Source: a virus
Strand: one strand, 5' to 3'
DNA length: 64,000 nucleotides
Virus record (IMG/VR): IMGVR_UViG_3300027969_000063
Span: 1 to 64,000 of that record
The translations under genes were made by a program, and so were the position numbers. This document shows, piece by piece, positions 37,069 through 47,341 of this stretch (positions are counted from its first letter, which is position 1; every line of letters begins with the position of its first letter). The notes beneath the pieces are model-generated. The model was given only the letters and a program-made list of their open reading frames with translations, searched no databases and had not been told where the DNA came from.

Positions 37069-38368
37069 CTACAAATTTTGCTGAATCGGATGACATTGAA
37101 GCCGCATAAGCATATGCCATTCTAACAAATGATGATTTTGTGTTTTCATCGGTAAAAATATTTTTAATTATGATAGGCCAGATTTTATTCGATACATGTA
37201 TAGCACTAAGTTGACCTACTCTCTCATCATAATTAATTTCTTTTTTAGATTCCTTTATCACTTCTTTAGTTTTTTCATCTTTATTTTTCATATCAAAACC
37301 TTTAGTTTTGACTTTATCTGTCAATTCTTTTCTTATGGGTTTTTTCAGTTCTTTAAAAGTTGTGTTTGCTGTTTTAAATTTATTTTTAATGTCATTTGTG
37401 ACACCATCGCTAATTAAAGATATAATACCTAAAATTTGTTCTAGCCCAAGACTTCCACCTCTAGCATTCATTCCTTTTAACATAATTTCACCTTTAATAC
37501 CTGCCGTAGAGGGATCATGTCGAATTAATATCTTATCGTTTTCACTATTGGTATTTTTTAAAAATAGTTTTAAATCTCTTGCTGGAGGTTTTCCAATGAT
37601 ATTTCCTGTTGGATAAGCAGTCCATGAAACATCACCTCCTTCATATTTTTCCAATTCTTTCCAATCTTGAGTTCTGTTAAAGTTTACTTTTTTTACTGTA
37701 ACTTTATCCGGAGCAAATTTTAAAGACAGCGGTAATAACTCACCATTATCAATTAATTTACTTATCATCGAATTTAATGAAAAAAATGTTGTTTTACTTA
37801 AATTGCTCTGTGATGCAGCAGTAATAATTGTTTTTTTGGCCAAAGGTGTTGCAAAATAGATATCGGCCGGAGACCACTTATTCAATTCACCAAAAGGTAT
37901 AAATCTTCTTTTAGTTTTTGTTTCTCTATTGTTTTTTTGTTTTTCATTAGCCACTTCAAATAATTTTGATATATTGTCCATTATTTCGTCTTTGTGTTCA
38001 TAAAACACATCAGACCATCCAAAAGGAGCAATCTTAGCATGAAGTTTATTTAAACCATTAACCTTGGCTACCAATTCTTTTCCAATATTAGAAGATGAAA
38101 TATACCAAGCTTTTTGTTTTGTTAGAAAATCATCTACTTGTTGAAATGATGCTTGGCCCGATTTAACGTGATTTTTAAAAATTTCTTCAACAGAATTTTT
38201 TTTCTTTGAATACATCATATTCCAAGCTGTTTTAAAATCAGGATAAGTTTTGTAGGTGTTTACATCAAATAAACTTTTTGATAGTTTAATTTTATCTTGG
38301 CCAAGGTAATCAGCCATAGCACAAAACAATGCTTGAGCAGTTTCTTGTATATCTTCTTTAGAAGCCAT
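37058..38368 (-). CDS. K-rich protein, possible PD-(D/E)XK nuclease
   Basis: WSPADIY...LPLSLK pattern; visibly AT-rich. Confidence 0.5.
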   Translation of the reverse strand: MASKEDIQETAQALFCAMADYLGQDKIKLSKSLFDVNTYKTYPDFKTAWNMMYSKKKNSVEEIFKNHVKSGQASFQQVDDFLTKQKAWYISSSNIGKELVAKVNGLNKLHAKIAPFGWSDVFYEHKDEIMDNISKLFEVANEKQKNNRETKTKRRFIPFGELNKWSPADIYFATPLAKKTIITAASQSNLSKTTFFSLNSMISKLIDNGELLPLSLKFAPDKVTVKKVNFNRTQDWKELEKYEGGDVSWTAYPTGNIIGKPPARDLKLFLKNTNSENDKILIRHDPSTAGIKGEIMLKGMNARGGSLGLEQILGIISLISDGVTNDIKNKFKTANTTFKELKKPIRKELTDKVKTKGFDMKNKDEKTKEVIKESKKEINYDERVGQLSAIHVSNKIWPIIIKNIFTDENTKSSFVRMAYAYAASMSSDSAKFVVAK

Positions 38369-38371
38369 ATA

Positions 38372-39481
38372 TCACCTAATAATTTGAATGTCTTTACCTG
38401 AAGTCCAGATTTCGAGTTCTGTCCTTAATCTACCCTCGGTTCTAAGGGTTTCGTATCTATTTATAGCTTTACTCCGCCACCATTCAATAATATTGGCCAG
38501 TTCATGTTTGGCATAGTTTTCACCAGGTAAAAGAGTATCAGTTTTACAGTTCATGTAATCTACTGTATTTTTGAAACCATAGTCCGATGTATAATATCTT
38601 TTCTTCTCTGTCAACTTTTTGGCGTTCTCAATCGTTAGGTTGAAAGTGTCACCTTCAGTTGTTCCTTTTAGAGCGGCTTTGGTTAAGGCAATAATTTTGG
38701 TAAATGTTCTTAACTTTCTACTGGTCGTTGAAGTATCACCACCCAATAAATCTCCAGTAATGTTCTCAACATAATCTTTTAGGTCATGATATCTTTGGCC
38801 GTGCATCATGGGTACCATATCAGATTCGGTCAGACCTCTAAATCGAATATAAGGTTTCATACCATCGTATTGTGATACTGACTTTGTAGAACCATATAAA
38901 CTGGTGGTTTCAAATAGGCAAAGATTCATACCATATTTCTTATTACAGATTTCTCTTACTGTATGGCTGGTACAAATGGCCGATAGAAGTTTGCCACCTA
39001 GGTAATTAAAACCAAATGGTTGAGCTGGTACAATTACAAATCCCATAGCACAAGAAACATTGAATCGTTTGGCAGTATCTTCCTGTTGGATCCAGACCTG
39101 TCCTAAGAGTTCGTTTCTAGGTTTCATATAGATTACTGGTGAACCTAAACGAATGAATCCTAGAACCTTTCCTGAGTTCTTCTCTCTAACTGCCAACTGT
39201 ATATTCTTACCAACTGGAGATTTATTGATGTGTGAAGAGGTAATGGCAAGTAATGTTTCAAATTGAGTATTTGGTATTTCACACACCTCAATATCCATAT
39301 CATTTGGGTGCATGGAGAAATCAGAGAACAAATCATCTTCGGGTGGAAATAAAGAAGATGGCAATTCTGCCACCGACTTTAACTTCTCATCACGCATGTA
39401 TTCTTCGGTACTTCCAATGTTACTAAAATAATCATTGAACACCTTAGAACAATGTAAGGCTTGTTCTCTAGTTAGTATCAT
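38372..39481 (-). CDS. DUF4338/DruA-like protein, paralogue 1
   Basis: VPAQPFGFNYLGGKLL...TTSLYG...SQYDG. Confidence 0.7.
   Translation of the reverse strand: MILTREQALHCSKVFNDYFSNIGSTEEYMRDEKLKSVAELPSSLFPPEDDLFSDFSMHPNDMDIEVCEIPNTQFETLLAITSSHINKSPVGKNIQLAVREKNSGKVLGFIRLGSPVIYMKPRNELLGQVWIQQEDTAKRFNVSCAMGFVIVPAQPFGFNYLGGKLLSAICTSHTVREICNKKYGMNLCLFETTSLYGSTKSVSQYDGMKPYIRFRGLTESDMVPMMHGQRYHDLKDYVENITGDLLGGDTSTTSRKLRTFTKIIALTKAALKGTTEGDTFNLTIENAKKLTEKKRYYTSDYGFKNTVDYMNCKTDTLLPGENYAKHELANIIEWWRSKAINRYETLRTEGRLRTELEIWTSGKDIQIIR
38458..38465 (-). promoter_or_regulatory. Late promoter TATAAATA inside the 3' end of the DUF4338 gene
   Basis: Exact consensus about 90 nt upstream of the 38368 start. 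Confidence 0.55.
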
Positions 39482-40860
39482 ACTTTAAAGCCTTCAAAGT
39501 TCTTCTTTTCATGTTTAATTTTATTATTGGCACCAATATGACCGGCATCAGCAAGACCGTGTTGTGCTGATTGTTCAACATCATATAGTTTCATCTTGGC
39601 TCTATCGACACCAATGGTGAATCGTTTGTAATATGTTGGATCATTATAACGATTCTTTAATTGTTTAACCATCATCTGACCCATCTCTTCCAATTCTTCA
39701 GAAGAAATCAACGCAAACATTAGGTCGGCGGTTGCAGGCAACCCGAAACTCTCACTCGTATCCTCCAAGCCTGGATCGCTCGATGTGAATCCGCTTCTGG
39801 TAGTTTGAGTAGCAGATACAATAGGAACATTACATTCAACCGCAAGTCCCCTAAGTTCTTCTGCGATGGACTTGACATAGGTGTAAGAGTTAATATTCGC
39901 ACCAGCTTTGATACGAGAAGAACAGCAGATATTAAGATAATCCACAAAAATAATATCAGGCACGAAAGACCTTTTGAGGTTGAGTTCATTTAGTAAAGTC
40001 CTAAAATGTGTTGTCGATGCAGATGCTGTAGGATATTCTTTGATGATTAATTTACCAGTTACCTTCTCTTTAACCTTGGCAACCTTTTTATCATACATAT
40101 CTTTTGGTAAATCCATTAGGTCATCAAGAGTTACATTCAATAAGTTCGCATCTATTCTTTCTGCAATCTTTTCTTCAGCCATTTCAAGTGTAATGTATAA
40201 CACATTTTTTCCTTGAACCATAGCACCGGCAGCAACATGACACATAAACAAAGATTTACCAACGCCAGTACCAGCAAGAGCAATATTAAGGGTTTTGGCA
40301 GGTAATCCTCCCTTTGTAATTTTGTTAAAACATTCCAAATCAAAGGGGATTCGTTCTTCTTTTCTGTGATAGAATTCATATCGTTCATCGCTGTTCTCTA
40401 AGTAATCATGTCCTACGGAGTTATCGAAACTGACGGCCAAAGCGTCCGATAATATAGAGGGAATTGCACCTTTCTCGTTGCTTTTGTCCTTACCATCGAG
40501 AATTGAAATAGCCCGTAATACACCATTGTATATCGCCTTCTCTTGGCAAAACTTTTCCGTTTTGTCAACAAGCCATTGAACCTCGGTTTCTGTTTTGCTA
40601 CCAGCCTCAATTTCTTGGAGATAAGATTCACAGTTCTTAACTTCGTCATCCGAGAGATTATTCTTTTCTTTGAAGGCAATACTAATTGCTTCAATCGTAG
40701 GCGAAGAATTGTAAGTTTCCGTGAATGATGTAATCTCATTAAATAATGTCTTTTCAGTTCTGTCTGAAAAATATTCAGGCTTTAAAAATGGTAATACTTT
40801 CCTAAGAAAATCTTCATTGTAAATCAGATTCTTTAATATCGTCTGTTCCAGTTTCATCAA
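39478..40860 (-). CDS. 41: Replicative helicase gp41
   Basis: AGTGVGKS, TLEMAE, DYLNI, SESFGLPATAD, KNRY. Confidence 0.97.
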   Translation of the reverse strand: MMKLEQTILKNLIYNEDFLRKVLPFLKPEYFSDRTEKTLFNEITSFTETYNSSPTIEAISIAFKEKNNLSDDEVKNCESYLQEIEAGSKTETEVQWLVDKTEKFCQEKAIYNGVLRAISILDGKDKSNEKGAIPSILSDALAVSFDNSVGHDYLENSDERYEFYHRKEERIPFDLECFNKITKGGLPAKTLNIALAGTGVGKSLFMCHVAAGAMVQGKNVLYITLEMAEEKIAERIDANLLNVTLDDLMDLPKDMYDKKVAKVKEKVTGKLIIKEYPTASASTTHFRTLLNELNLKRSFVPDIIFVDYLNICCSSRIKAGANINSYTYVKSIAEELRGLAVECNVPIVSATQTTRSGFTSSDPGLEDTSESFGLPATADLMFALISSEELEEMGQMMVKQLKNRYNDPTYYKRFTIGVDRAKMKLYDVEQSAQHGLADAGHIGANNKIKHEKKNFEGFKV

Positions 40861-41137
40861 TTATATCCTGCTCAAGATTGGATGACATAATTTCTACAAG
40901 TAGGTCACCAATATGGTTTTTAAAATTACTATCTTTTTGCAACTTCTTTGGTTTGTGTCCTATAGATTCTAACACATCATAAGCAAAAAGTAAATACATT
41001 TGTTCATCTTTTTCTTCAAACTTTACTCTACCATACTTAAATGTGGTATCTTTGTAAGGTCCATCCAAAAGTTTAATATGTACCGCAGTGTCATCCGTTT
41101 TAGGATAGATGTAACAATAATCAATTCCTTCAATCAT
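40814..41137 (-). CDS. Hypothetical protein at the T4 gp40 position
   Basis: Lies between uvsX and 41. Confidence 0.65.
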   Translation of the reverse strand: MIEGIDYCYIYPKTDDTAVHIKLLDGPYKDTTFKYGRVKFEEKDEQMYLLFAYDVLESIGHKPKKLQKDSNFKNHIGDLLVEIMSSNLEQDIIDETGTDDIKESDLQ

Positions 41138-42206
41138 CTTCTACTCCGTTTGTTGTCTCCACTTCAAATGCTTGGTCAACATCTCCTTGCATGATATTAC
41201 CTGAAGCAATTTGATAGGTGTTCTGTACAAAATCTTGGAAGGATTTTTGTTTGAGTATTGGTAGCCAAAATTCAGATGAATCGGTTTCTTTGATACGGTA
41301 TTTTTTATCTTCTATAACACCATCTGTGTCCACTTTGCTGTACCAACCATTAGTTGGCTTAACAACATGACCCGAATCAAGTGCAATATCAAGTAACCCG
41401 CTCCACTTACTAATGCCACCATCGTGACGAACAGTAACAGGAATTTTAGATTTCTCTCTAACATATCTACTCTTTTCTACATTGATGATAAAGTTATAAC
41501 CTACAACTTCAGTACCTTCTTTTTCTTGTTGCCGGCCAATAATGAAAACATTATCAGCCGAATACATTGAACCTGTTCCACCACCAACAATGGCTTTAGG
41601 GAACATTCCAATTTCCATGTAAGTATGATTTACCACAATCATTGGAATATCTTTAAGATTCAGGTGTGGTGTTACCATTCGAAATAATGATTTAACTTGT
41701 TTTGCTCTTGACATATCAGCAACAGACTTTTCAGCCAAGGCATCTTCTACTTCTTTCTTCGATGCTAAGTTACCAATAGAATCAATTATGATGATGAGTT
41801 TGTCACCCCTATCAAGTTTCGTAAGTTGTTGCATAATGTCGAATTTGAGTTGTTCGATATCTGTGAGGGGAGTGTGCAGTACACGCTCGGTATCGATACC
41901 AAAGCTGTCAAAATAACTCTGAGGAGTACCAAACTCACTATCGTAGAATAAAAGAGCCGCATCTTCATATTTGTCCAAATAAGATTTTGCCATCAAAAGT
42001 GAGAAAGCAGTCTTAAAGTGTTTTGATGGACCTGCCCACATTGTAAGACCTGGTGTTAAACCACCATCTAGTTTGCCACTCAATGCCACATTAATAATTG
42101 GCACAGAAGTAGGAATCATATCCTTGGCAGTAAAGAACTTTGATTTCGACAGAATGGCCGAATCTTTAATACTACTGTTCTTTTTAATTTTATCTAATAT
42201 ACTCAT
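41130..42206 (-). CDS. uvsX: RecA-like recombinase UvsX
   Basis: GPSKHFKT, DSEFG, DSIGNLAS, EKSR. Confidence 0.97.
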   Translation of the reverse strand: MSILDKIKKNSSIKDSAILSKSKFFTAKDMIPTSVPIINVALSGKLDGGLTPGLTMWAGPSKHFKTAFSLLMAKSYLDKYEDAALLFYDSEFGTPQSYFDSFGIDTERVLHTPLTDIEQLKFDIMQQLTKLDRGDKLIIIIDSIGNLASKKEVEDALAEKSVADMSRAKQVKSLFRMVTPHLNLKDIPMIVVNHTYMEIGMFPKAIVGGGTGSMYSADNVFIIGRQQEKEGTEVVGYNFIINVEKSRYVREKSKIPVTVRHDGGISKWSGLLDIALDSGHVVKPTNGWYSKVDTDGVIEDKKYRIKETDSSEFWLPILKQKSFQDFVQNTYQIASGNIMQGDVDQAFEVETTNGVEDD

Positions 42207-43213
42207 TTCTTATCCTTTTCACGAAATGCAAACTCTGCTTCATAATCATACTTAGGTTCTAATTTCTTAACTGGTTCTTCATCATGATGTTCACTATAAA
42301 ATCCTGGTGCATGATGAACTCTTTGGAAATTAGATATAGGTGGAATACTTTCACCAGTAACTCCATCGATAACAATATCTTCTTCCGGTTTTATTTCTGC
42401 AATGTTTTCCTTATCAACTTTAACTCTATCATCAACCGGATCTTCTGGCTTTTGAGGCTCTTCTGGCTCAGGCTTTTTATCTGTGAATACGGGAATATCG
42501 TTGGCAGTTAAACCTACCACTTCACCATTACGAACAATTGGCTTACCAACTGATCTGTTGTTCATAGACATATTTGCTGCTATCAATAATAACACAGCTA
42601 GCGGGTCAAATACAACCATGATTAACATGATTACCAATCTTACTGCTTTATCTAAGGCATTATCATCTTCCACTCCATAGATCATATCACCAACATACTT
42701 GATAGGACCAACTTCTGCGGTAAGTTTATTATTCTCTTTGAGTAATGGCAACTTCCGTTTATTGATTTCGGTAAGTTCTTTTTGAGTATCTTGAATTTGT
42801 TTATCGAGGCGGTTACTTGCCGTTGATGGATCTTTGGCACGAGCAAGTAAATAATCCAATCGTTCTTTGGTAATCTTTTCTTGTTGTACTAAAGTTTTAA
42901 TCTCTACTGTATTCATACCAGAGTCCATGGTAGAATCAATATGTGCTTTTGATAAGAAACCAAAAATACCCATCGAGGTAATAATCATCAGAATGACAAC
43001 GGCAAATGTCAAGTATGATTTTAATAAAAGTGGGCAGGTTTTCCAATTACGATACAGCCATGATGTAGTTACCAATTTGCTCAACTCAAGAACCGAACCC
43101 ATAAAAACGATTGGCCAAAATGCGCCAGTAAAAATTGCAGCCAAACCAATAACGGAATAATAGGCTGCAATACCTGATAGTAGTAGTGCTGATAATAGTG
43201 TTAAGAATATCAT
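42203..43213 (-). CDS. Multi-TM coiled-coil membrane protein
   Basis: AAYYS..GL, GIFGFLSKAH, EVGPIKY, FDPLAV. Confidence 0.75.
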   Translation of the reverse strand: MIFLTLLSALLLSGIAAYYSVIGLAAIFTGAFWPIVFMGSVLELSKLVTTSWLYRNWKTCPLLLKSYLTFAVVILMIITSMGIFGFLSKAHIDSTMDSGMNTVEIKTLVQQEKITKERLDYLLARAKDPSTASNRLDKQIQDTQKELTEINKRKLPLLKENNKLTAEVGPIKYVGDMIYGVEDDNALDKAVRLVIMLIMVVFDPLAVLLLIAANMSMNNRSVGKPIVRNGEVVGLTANDIPVFTDKKPEPEEPQKPEDPVDDRVKVDKENIAEIKPEEDIVIDGVTGESIPPISNFQRVHHAPGFYSEHHDEEPVKKLEPKYDYEAEFAFREKDKK

Positions 43214-45744
43214 GAGAAAAAATCCTCTAGTGAACTTACCTTTTCTGTCGACCAACCCATACATTCTAGAATAACCCTAATTGGTTCTATGAATGCTTTA
43301 TCAAACTGTGTGTCATAATCGATATACTGTTGCATTTCAAATTCCTTTGGTAAGCGTGACGGAAATGAAATGACCATATCTTTAAACGGGTTTGGCATTT
43401 TCAAATAAGTAAATTTAACTTTCTCACCTTCTTGTATGAGTGGATATTTTTTGGTTAGATTTAATTTATTTAAGTTATGATTATATATGATGGCACCCTT
43501 CACATGAATGGGTGTTCCCTTTTTATATAGTGATAAAGAATCGGAGTAATTCTTCAAACCGTTCAGGCCTCTTGGAAAAGAGATATCTTCTACCGGTAAA
43601 GTTTTAAAATATTCTTTAAACTCAGCAATAAATTTATGTACATCATCTTCTGTACCAGTTACCAACAGTTTAATCAACTCATACATCTTACCACGAATAA
43701 CGGATGGTGTCGATGACTTCACCATTTCAAGACCCATTACCTTGAGTTGGGGTTCATTATACTGTACGCCTTCGTTATTATACACATTAAGGATGTATCG
43801 TTTCTTGGCAGTCCAAATACCTTTGTCAGAGAGGCCTTCCCTCTTCATCTCCATTTTCTGCTGATACGCATTAACATACTCACCAAGTTCATCGTAACTT
43901 TTATCAATGAAAGGTTGTATTTTATCTTCACATATCTTATCCATGAAGGAGATGACTTTGTTAGGTTCGCTTGTATCTTTAATAAATTTGCTGACCAACG
44001 GACCAAGCTTAAGATAAATCGAATCTGTATCTGATGCAATGACATAATCTTCCTTACTTTGTAATAACTTATTCATCCAGCCATTAAGTTTGGCTTCTAT
44101 CCAACGAATACTTAATTGCCCAGCAGTTGTGACACCGAGTGCCATGCGTAAATCGTAAAAGCGAAAGTACTGAGAGCCCAGAGCACCGTAAGCTGAGTTG
44201 AGGGAAACTTTCTTTGCCAACTGGATGTTATTGTACTTTGCAATTCGTTTTTCAATTTCATAAAGCTTGGAAGGATCTTTTTCATTCTCATATTCCTGTT
44301 TTGCTTTTAACATTAAGTTCTTAAACTTCTTACGATCAGTATACATCTCTTCCATCATCTTAGGTAAGAAACCTTGGAAGTCTGTACGAAAGAATTGGCC
44401 ATTAGGAGTTATTGTTGCACCTTCAAGTTTAGATAAATCAATTTTCTTATCCAACAACTTATTCACATCAACGCCTGATGAAAGTATTTTACGCATCTCA
44501 TCTGTATAGTTCTCAGGTTCAATCAATGTTTCTGGACTGATATTGTATTGCATCATCAAATGTGGATACAAAGAGTTCAAGTCAAATGAGGCAACCCAAT
44601 CGTGCTTGCCTACTTGAACCTCTTTAACATAGGCACCTTCAAATGCCGAATCTTTACTCTTGGTAATTCGTGGTGGAACAATAATACCTTTCTCAAAGAG
44701 ATAGGCATATGTCATTGAATCCCACATACGAGTTTGAGCAAAAATATCTTCAAAGTTGGTTTTAGTATCATAGGCCAAGGTTACTCCTAGTTCAAGTAAC
44801 TTTAACTTTTCTTCCAACTTGATAATGATCTCAACGTCACGAATGTTATATTCAATAAATTTCTGGAAGTTTAGTCGATATAAGGTATGGAGATTATCAT
44901 ATTCATCATAGGCAATCTTACCTTCACCCAACTCAACTTGAGCAATGTTATCCAACCGATACGATTCTTGCGACTTACCACCAGGAGCATACCATTTGTA
45001 TAGTTCGATATAATCAAGTGAGGCAACACCAACAAGATAGTATTCGGTCATCTCACGACCATTGATGATGGCTTTTCGTTCTGAAATATAATTCCAAGGA
45101 GATAGTTTCTTGGTTGCATCTTCTCCAAGAAGTTTCTTAAAACGATTTACGATGTATGGTATATCAAAGAATTTGGTATTCCAACCAGTAATGATGTCAG
45201 GACATTTACTTGTCCACAAGGCCATGAATTGTTTACATAAAGAATATTCATCTTTACATTTCACATAGATTTCTTTACCTTGTGTTTCATAGATTCCACA
45301 ACCAAAGACATAGGTCTCACCATTAAGATATTTCACACAAATGGCTGTGATAGGTTCATCTGCTTTATATGGATCAGGAAACCCATTCTCAGAACCTACC
45401 TCGATATCGATTACGGCAATTGAAATTTTCTCATAATCATAGTCGACCATACCATTGTGTTCATCGGCAATAAAAGCATATTCAAAACGAGTTTGACCAT
45501 AGATTTTAGAGGCGTTAGCCACACCATCAAATTGCTTGATAAAATCTCTGGCCGATTTGGTATTGCCAAAGATTTTCTGGTCGAGGTAATCACCTTCGAG
45601 TGTGGTGAAGTTTGTTATTTTCTTGGATGGCAAATACAAAGATGGAGAATACTCTATCTTATCTTTGATTCTTTTACCATCAACAACACCCCGATAAAGG
45701 ATGTTGTTACCAAAACATTGGACATTTGTGTAGAATTTTGTCAT
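43210..45744 (-). CDS. 43: Family B DNA polymerase gp43
   Basis: DIEV, DLNSLYP, K..LNSAYG, DTDS, KKRY, C-terminal SLEDFF. Confidence 0.98.
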   Translation of the reverse strand: MTKFYTNVQCFGNNILYRGVVDGKRIKDKIEYSPSLYLPSKKITNFTTLEGDYLDQKIFGNTKSARDFIKQFDGVANASKIYGQTRFEYAFIADEHNGMVDYDYEKISIAVIDIEVGSENGFPDPYKADEPITAICVKYLNGETYVFGCGIYETQGKEIYVKCKDEYSLCKQFMALWTSKCPDIITGWNTKFFDIPYIVNRFKKLLGEDATKKLSPWNYISERKAIINGREMTEYYLVGVASLDYIELYKWYAPGGKSQESYRLDNIAQVELGEGKIAYDEYDNLHTLYRLNFQKFIEYNIRDVEIIIKLEEKLKLLELGVTLAYDTKTNFEDIFAQTRMWDSMTYAYLFEKGIIVPPRITKSKDSAFEGAYVKEVQVGKHDWVASFDLNSLYPHLMMQYNISPETLIEPENYTDEMRKILSSGVDVNKLLDKKIDLSKLEGATITPNGQFFRTDFQGFLPKMMEEMYTDRKKFKNLMLKAKQEYENEKDPSKLYEIEKRIAKYNNIQLAKKVSLNSAYGALGSQYFRFYDLRMALGVTTAGQLSIRWIEAKLNGWMNKLLQSKEDYVIASDTDSIYLKLGPLVSKFIKDTSEPNKVISFMDKICEDKIQPFIDKSYDELGEYVNAYQQKMEMKREGLSDKGIWTAKKRYILNVYNNEGVQYNEPQLKVMGLEMVKSSTPSVIRGKMYELIKLLVTGTEDDVHKFIAEFKEYFKTLPVEDISFPRGLNGLKNYSDSLSLYKKGTPIHVKGAIIYNHNLNKLNLTKKYPLIQEGEKVKFTYLKMPNPFKDMVISFPSRLPKEFEMQQYIDYDTQFDKAFIEPIRVILECMGWSTEKVSSLEDFFS

Positions 45745-46055
45745 TAACCTGTAATAATTTGTTTTTGTGGAGGTACAACAAGGCCGGAACCAAAGATTTG
45801 CTTGTAATTATTAACAAAATCTTCTGCCGGTACATAGGAGTATACTACATGTTTCTTGGCCAAGGCAACCGTGGCACCAGTCTTTTGTTCGGCATGAAGT
45901 GGGAATGGAGAGAATCCAATATTAGGTTGGCCATCTTTACCACGGACTACCGTGATACCTACTGGATTGACAATGACAAATTCAGTTTCGGATTGAGAAT
46001 CGATCTCACCTAAGATATCTTCACCGGTGATTAATTTTAAAGCAATGATTTCCAT
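45744..46055 (-). CDS. Conserved Sm-like hypothetical protein (LKLITGED)
   Basis: Motif and position. Confidence 0.75.
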   Translation of the reverse strand: MEIIALKLITGEDILGEIDSQSETEFVIVNPVGITVVRGKDGQPNIGFSPFPLHAEQKTGATVALAKKHVVYSYVPAEDFVNNYKQIFGSGLVVPPQKQIITG

Positions 46056-46071
46056 GTTATTTCCTTTTTAT

Positions 46072-46079
46072 TATAAATA
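46072..46079 (+). promoter_or_regulatory. Late promoter TATAAATA for the plus-strand operon
   Basis: Exact consensus upstream of 46151. Confidence 0.75.
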
Positions 46080-46101
46080 CTTACAATGATTTGAACATTT
46101 A

Positions 46102-46130
46102 ATTATACTATTTTTTATCCTTTTTGTCAA
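46102..46130 (-). promoter_or_regulatory. Consensus sigma70 promoter TTGACA-17-TATAAT for the gp43 operon
   Basis: Perfect match. Confidence 0.85.
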
Positions 46131-46150
46131 CACAATAATGGTATACTTAG

Positions 46151-46594
46151 ATGCCCGATCCAATATCTGCTGGCGGCCAGACCGCTGTTTCCTCTTTGAA
46201 AAGTGCGCAACAAGTTGGTAAACAACTAGGCGCTGTGGTTGCTGATCAACAAGCCGACATGGAAAAATCGGTCCAAGAACAGCATAAACAAAGGCTCTTG
46301 GCACAAAAAAGAAAAGACTATGAGCACTCAATAGAAGAGTTTAGAGCCTTTGAAAGATATGAGAAAGATAAAGCTCACGAAAAAGAAATAGCAAAAATTA
46401 AAGCTCAAGCCATTGCAAAATATGGTGCTGGTGCTTGGAATGAAATTGAATCATTAAAACAGAAATTGAAAAAAGAAAAAGAAGAAGAAGCAAAATTAAT
46501 GGACAAAGATCGTGAAAAGGTCCAAGAATTATTCTGGTGGTGTATGACGGCAGCAGCTTTAATAACATATTTTTTTAAGTTGTATAAAATATGA
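46151..46594 (+). CDS. Coiled-coil protein with C-terminal TM
   Basis: ORF track; late promoter upstream. Confidence 0.75.
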   Translation: MPDPISAGGQTAVSSLKSAQQVGKQLGAVVADQQADMEKSVQEQHKQRLLAQKRKDYEHSIEEFRAFERYEKDKAHEKEIAKIKAQAIAKYGAGAWNEIESLKQKLKKEKEEEAKLMDKDREKVQELFWWCMTAAALITYFFKLYKI

Positions 46595-46680
46595 AAAAAT
46601 TGCAACCAACAGTTTTTATTTTAGTTTTGATTCTTTGTTTGGTATTAATGGTAGTTGAATCGGGACACGTTTTCAAATAA
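46591..46680 (+). CDS. 29-aa hydrophobic peptide MKKLQPTVFILVLILCLVLMVVESGHVFK
   Basis: ATGA overlap with the upstream gene. Confidence 0.55.
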   Translation: MKKLQPTVFILVLILCLVLMVVESGHVFK

Positions 46681-46697
46681 ACTAAAGTGAGGTTATT

Positions 46698-46778
46698 ATG
46701 TTATCTAAAATTGTTTTTATATTTTGTTTTTTAGGAATGTCGTTGTTAATGATAATGGAATCTTTAGCTAAGTTTTAG
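46698..46778 (+). CDS. 26-aa hydrophobic peptide MLSKIVFIFCFLGMSLLMIMESLAKF
   Basis: GAGGT RBS. Confidence 0.55.
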   Translation: MLSKIVFIFCFLGMSLLMIMESLAKF

Positions 46779-46779
46779 C

Positions 46780-46920
46780 CTATCTTCCTCTTCCCGCTTT
46801 TCTCATCACATTAGGTTTTGGAACAAACTTAGGTTTATTAACCTTTGGTGCTGGTCCTACTGGCTTTAGATCACGAACCTTTTTTAATTGTTCTTCACGA
46901 AATTTTTTGTCATCAGACAT
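46780..46920 (-). CDS. 46-aa basic peptide (MSDDKKFREEQ...RKAGRGR)
   Basis: Manual translation; AAGGAG RBS. Confidence 0.6.
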   Translation of the reverse strand: MSDDKKFREEQLKKVRDLKPVGPAPKVNKPKFVPKPNVMRKAGRGR

Positions 46921-46929
46921 ATTTTCTCC

Positions 46930-47166
46930 TTAATAGATAAAAACAACTTCCGTAATGGGGATAACATAATCTTCATCGGCTACCTTAACCGCTTTATTCC
47001 AATTCACCAGTAACTCATCACCAATCTGTACTTCATCAACTTTAGGACCAAGAGCAACAACTTTTGCACGGTCTGGTGCTTCTGTGTACTTTAGAATGAT
47101 ACCTGATGCCGTCTGTTTCTCTGCGGCGATTCTTGTCACAATGATATTATTTTTTAATGGTTGCAT
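46930..47166 (-). CDS. groES: GroES-like co-chaperonin
   Basis: PL.N.I.V...E.QTASGIIL...VVALGP. Confidence 0.85.
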   Translation of the reverse strand: MQPLKNNIIVTRIAAEKQTASGIILKYTEAPDRAKVVALGPKVDEVQIGDELLVNWNKAVKVADEDYVIPITEVVFIY

Positions 47167-47324
47167 AATTTTCTTTCCGCAATAGCTCTTTGAATTTTGT
47201 TGATATGTTTTTTACGAGCACCTTCAAGTAGTTTCTCTAACTGTTCAATATTCAACGGACCTAATCTCTGTTTACCATTTTTGGTCAACATTGGATTTTT
47301 CTTTTTAGATTTTGCAACAGCCAT
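47154..47324 (-). CDS. 56-aa basic hypothetical protein (MAVAKSKKKNPMLTKNGK)
   Basis: Manual translation; AAGG RBS. Confidence 0.55.
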   Translation of the reverse strand: MAVAKSKKKNPMLTKNGKQRLGPLNIEQLEKLLEGARKKHINKIQRAIAERKLCNH

Positions 47325-47341
47325 AATATACCTTTTAAAAG

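Noticed and set aside
38372-39481. Complete Druantia defence system
   Set aside because: No DruE helicase or other dru genes visible; only DruA-like domains
16329-45744. Introns or inteins in nrdA, nrdB, 41, uvsX and 43
   Set aside because: All are continuous and of normal length
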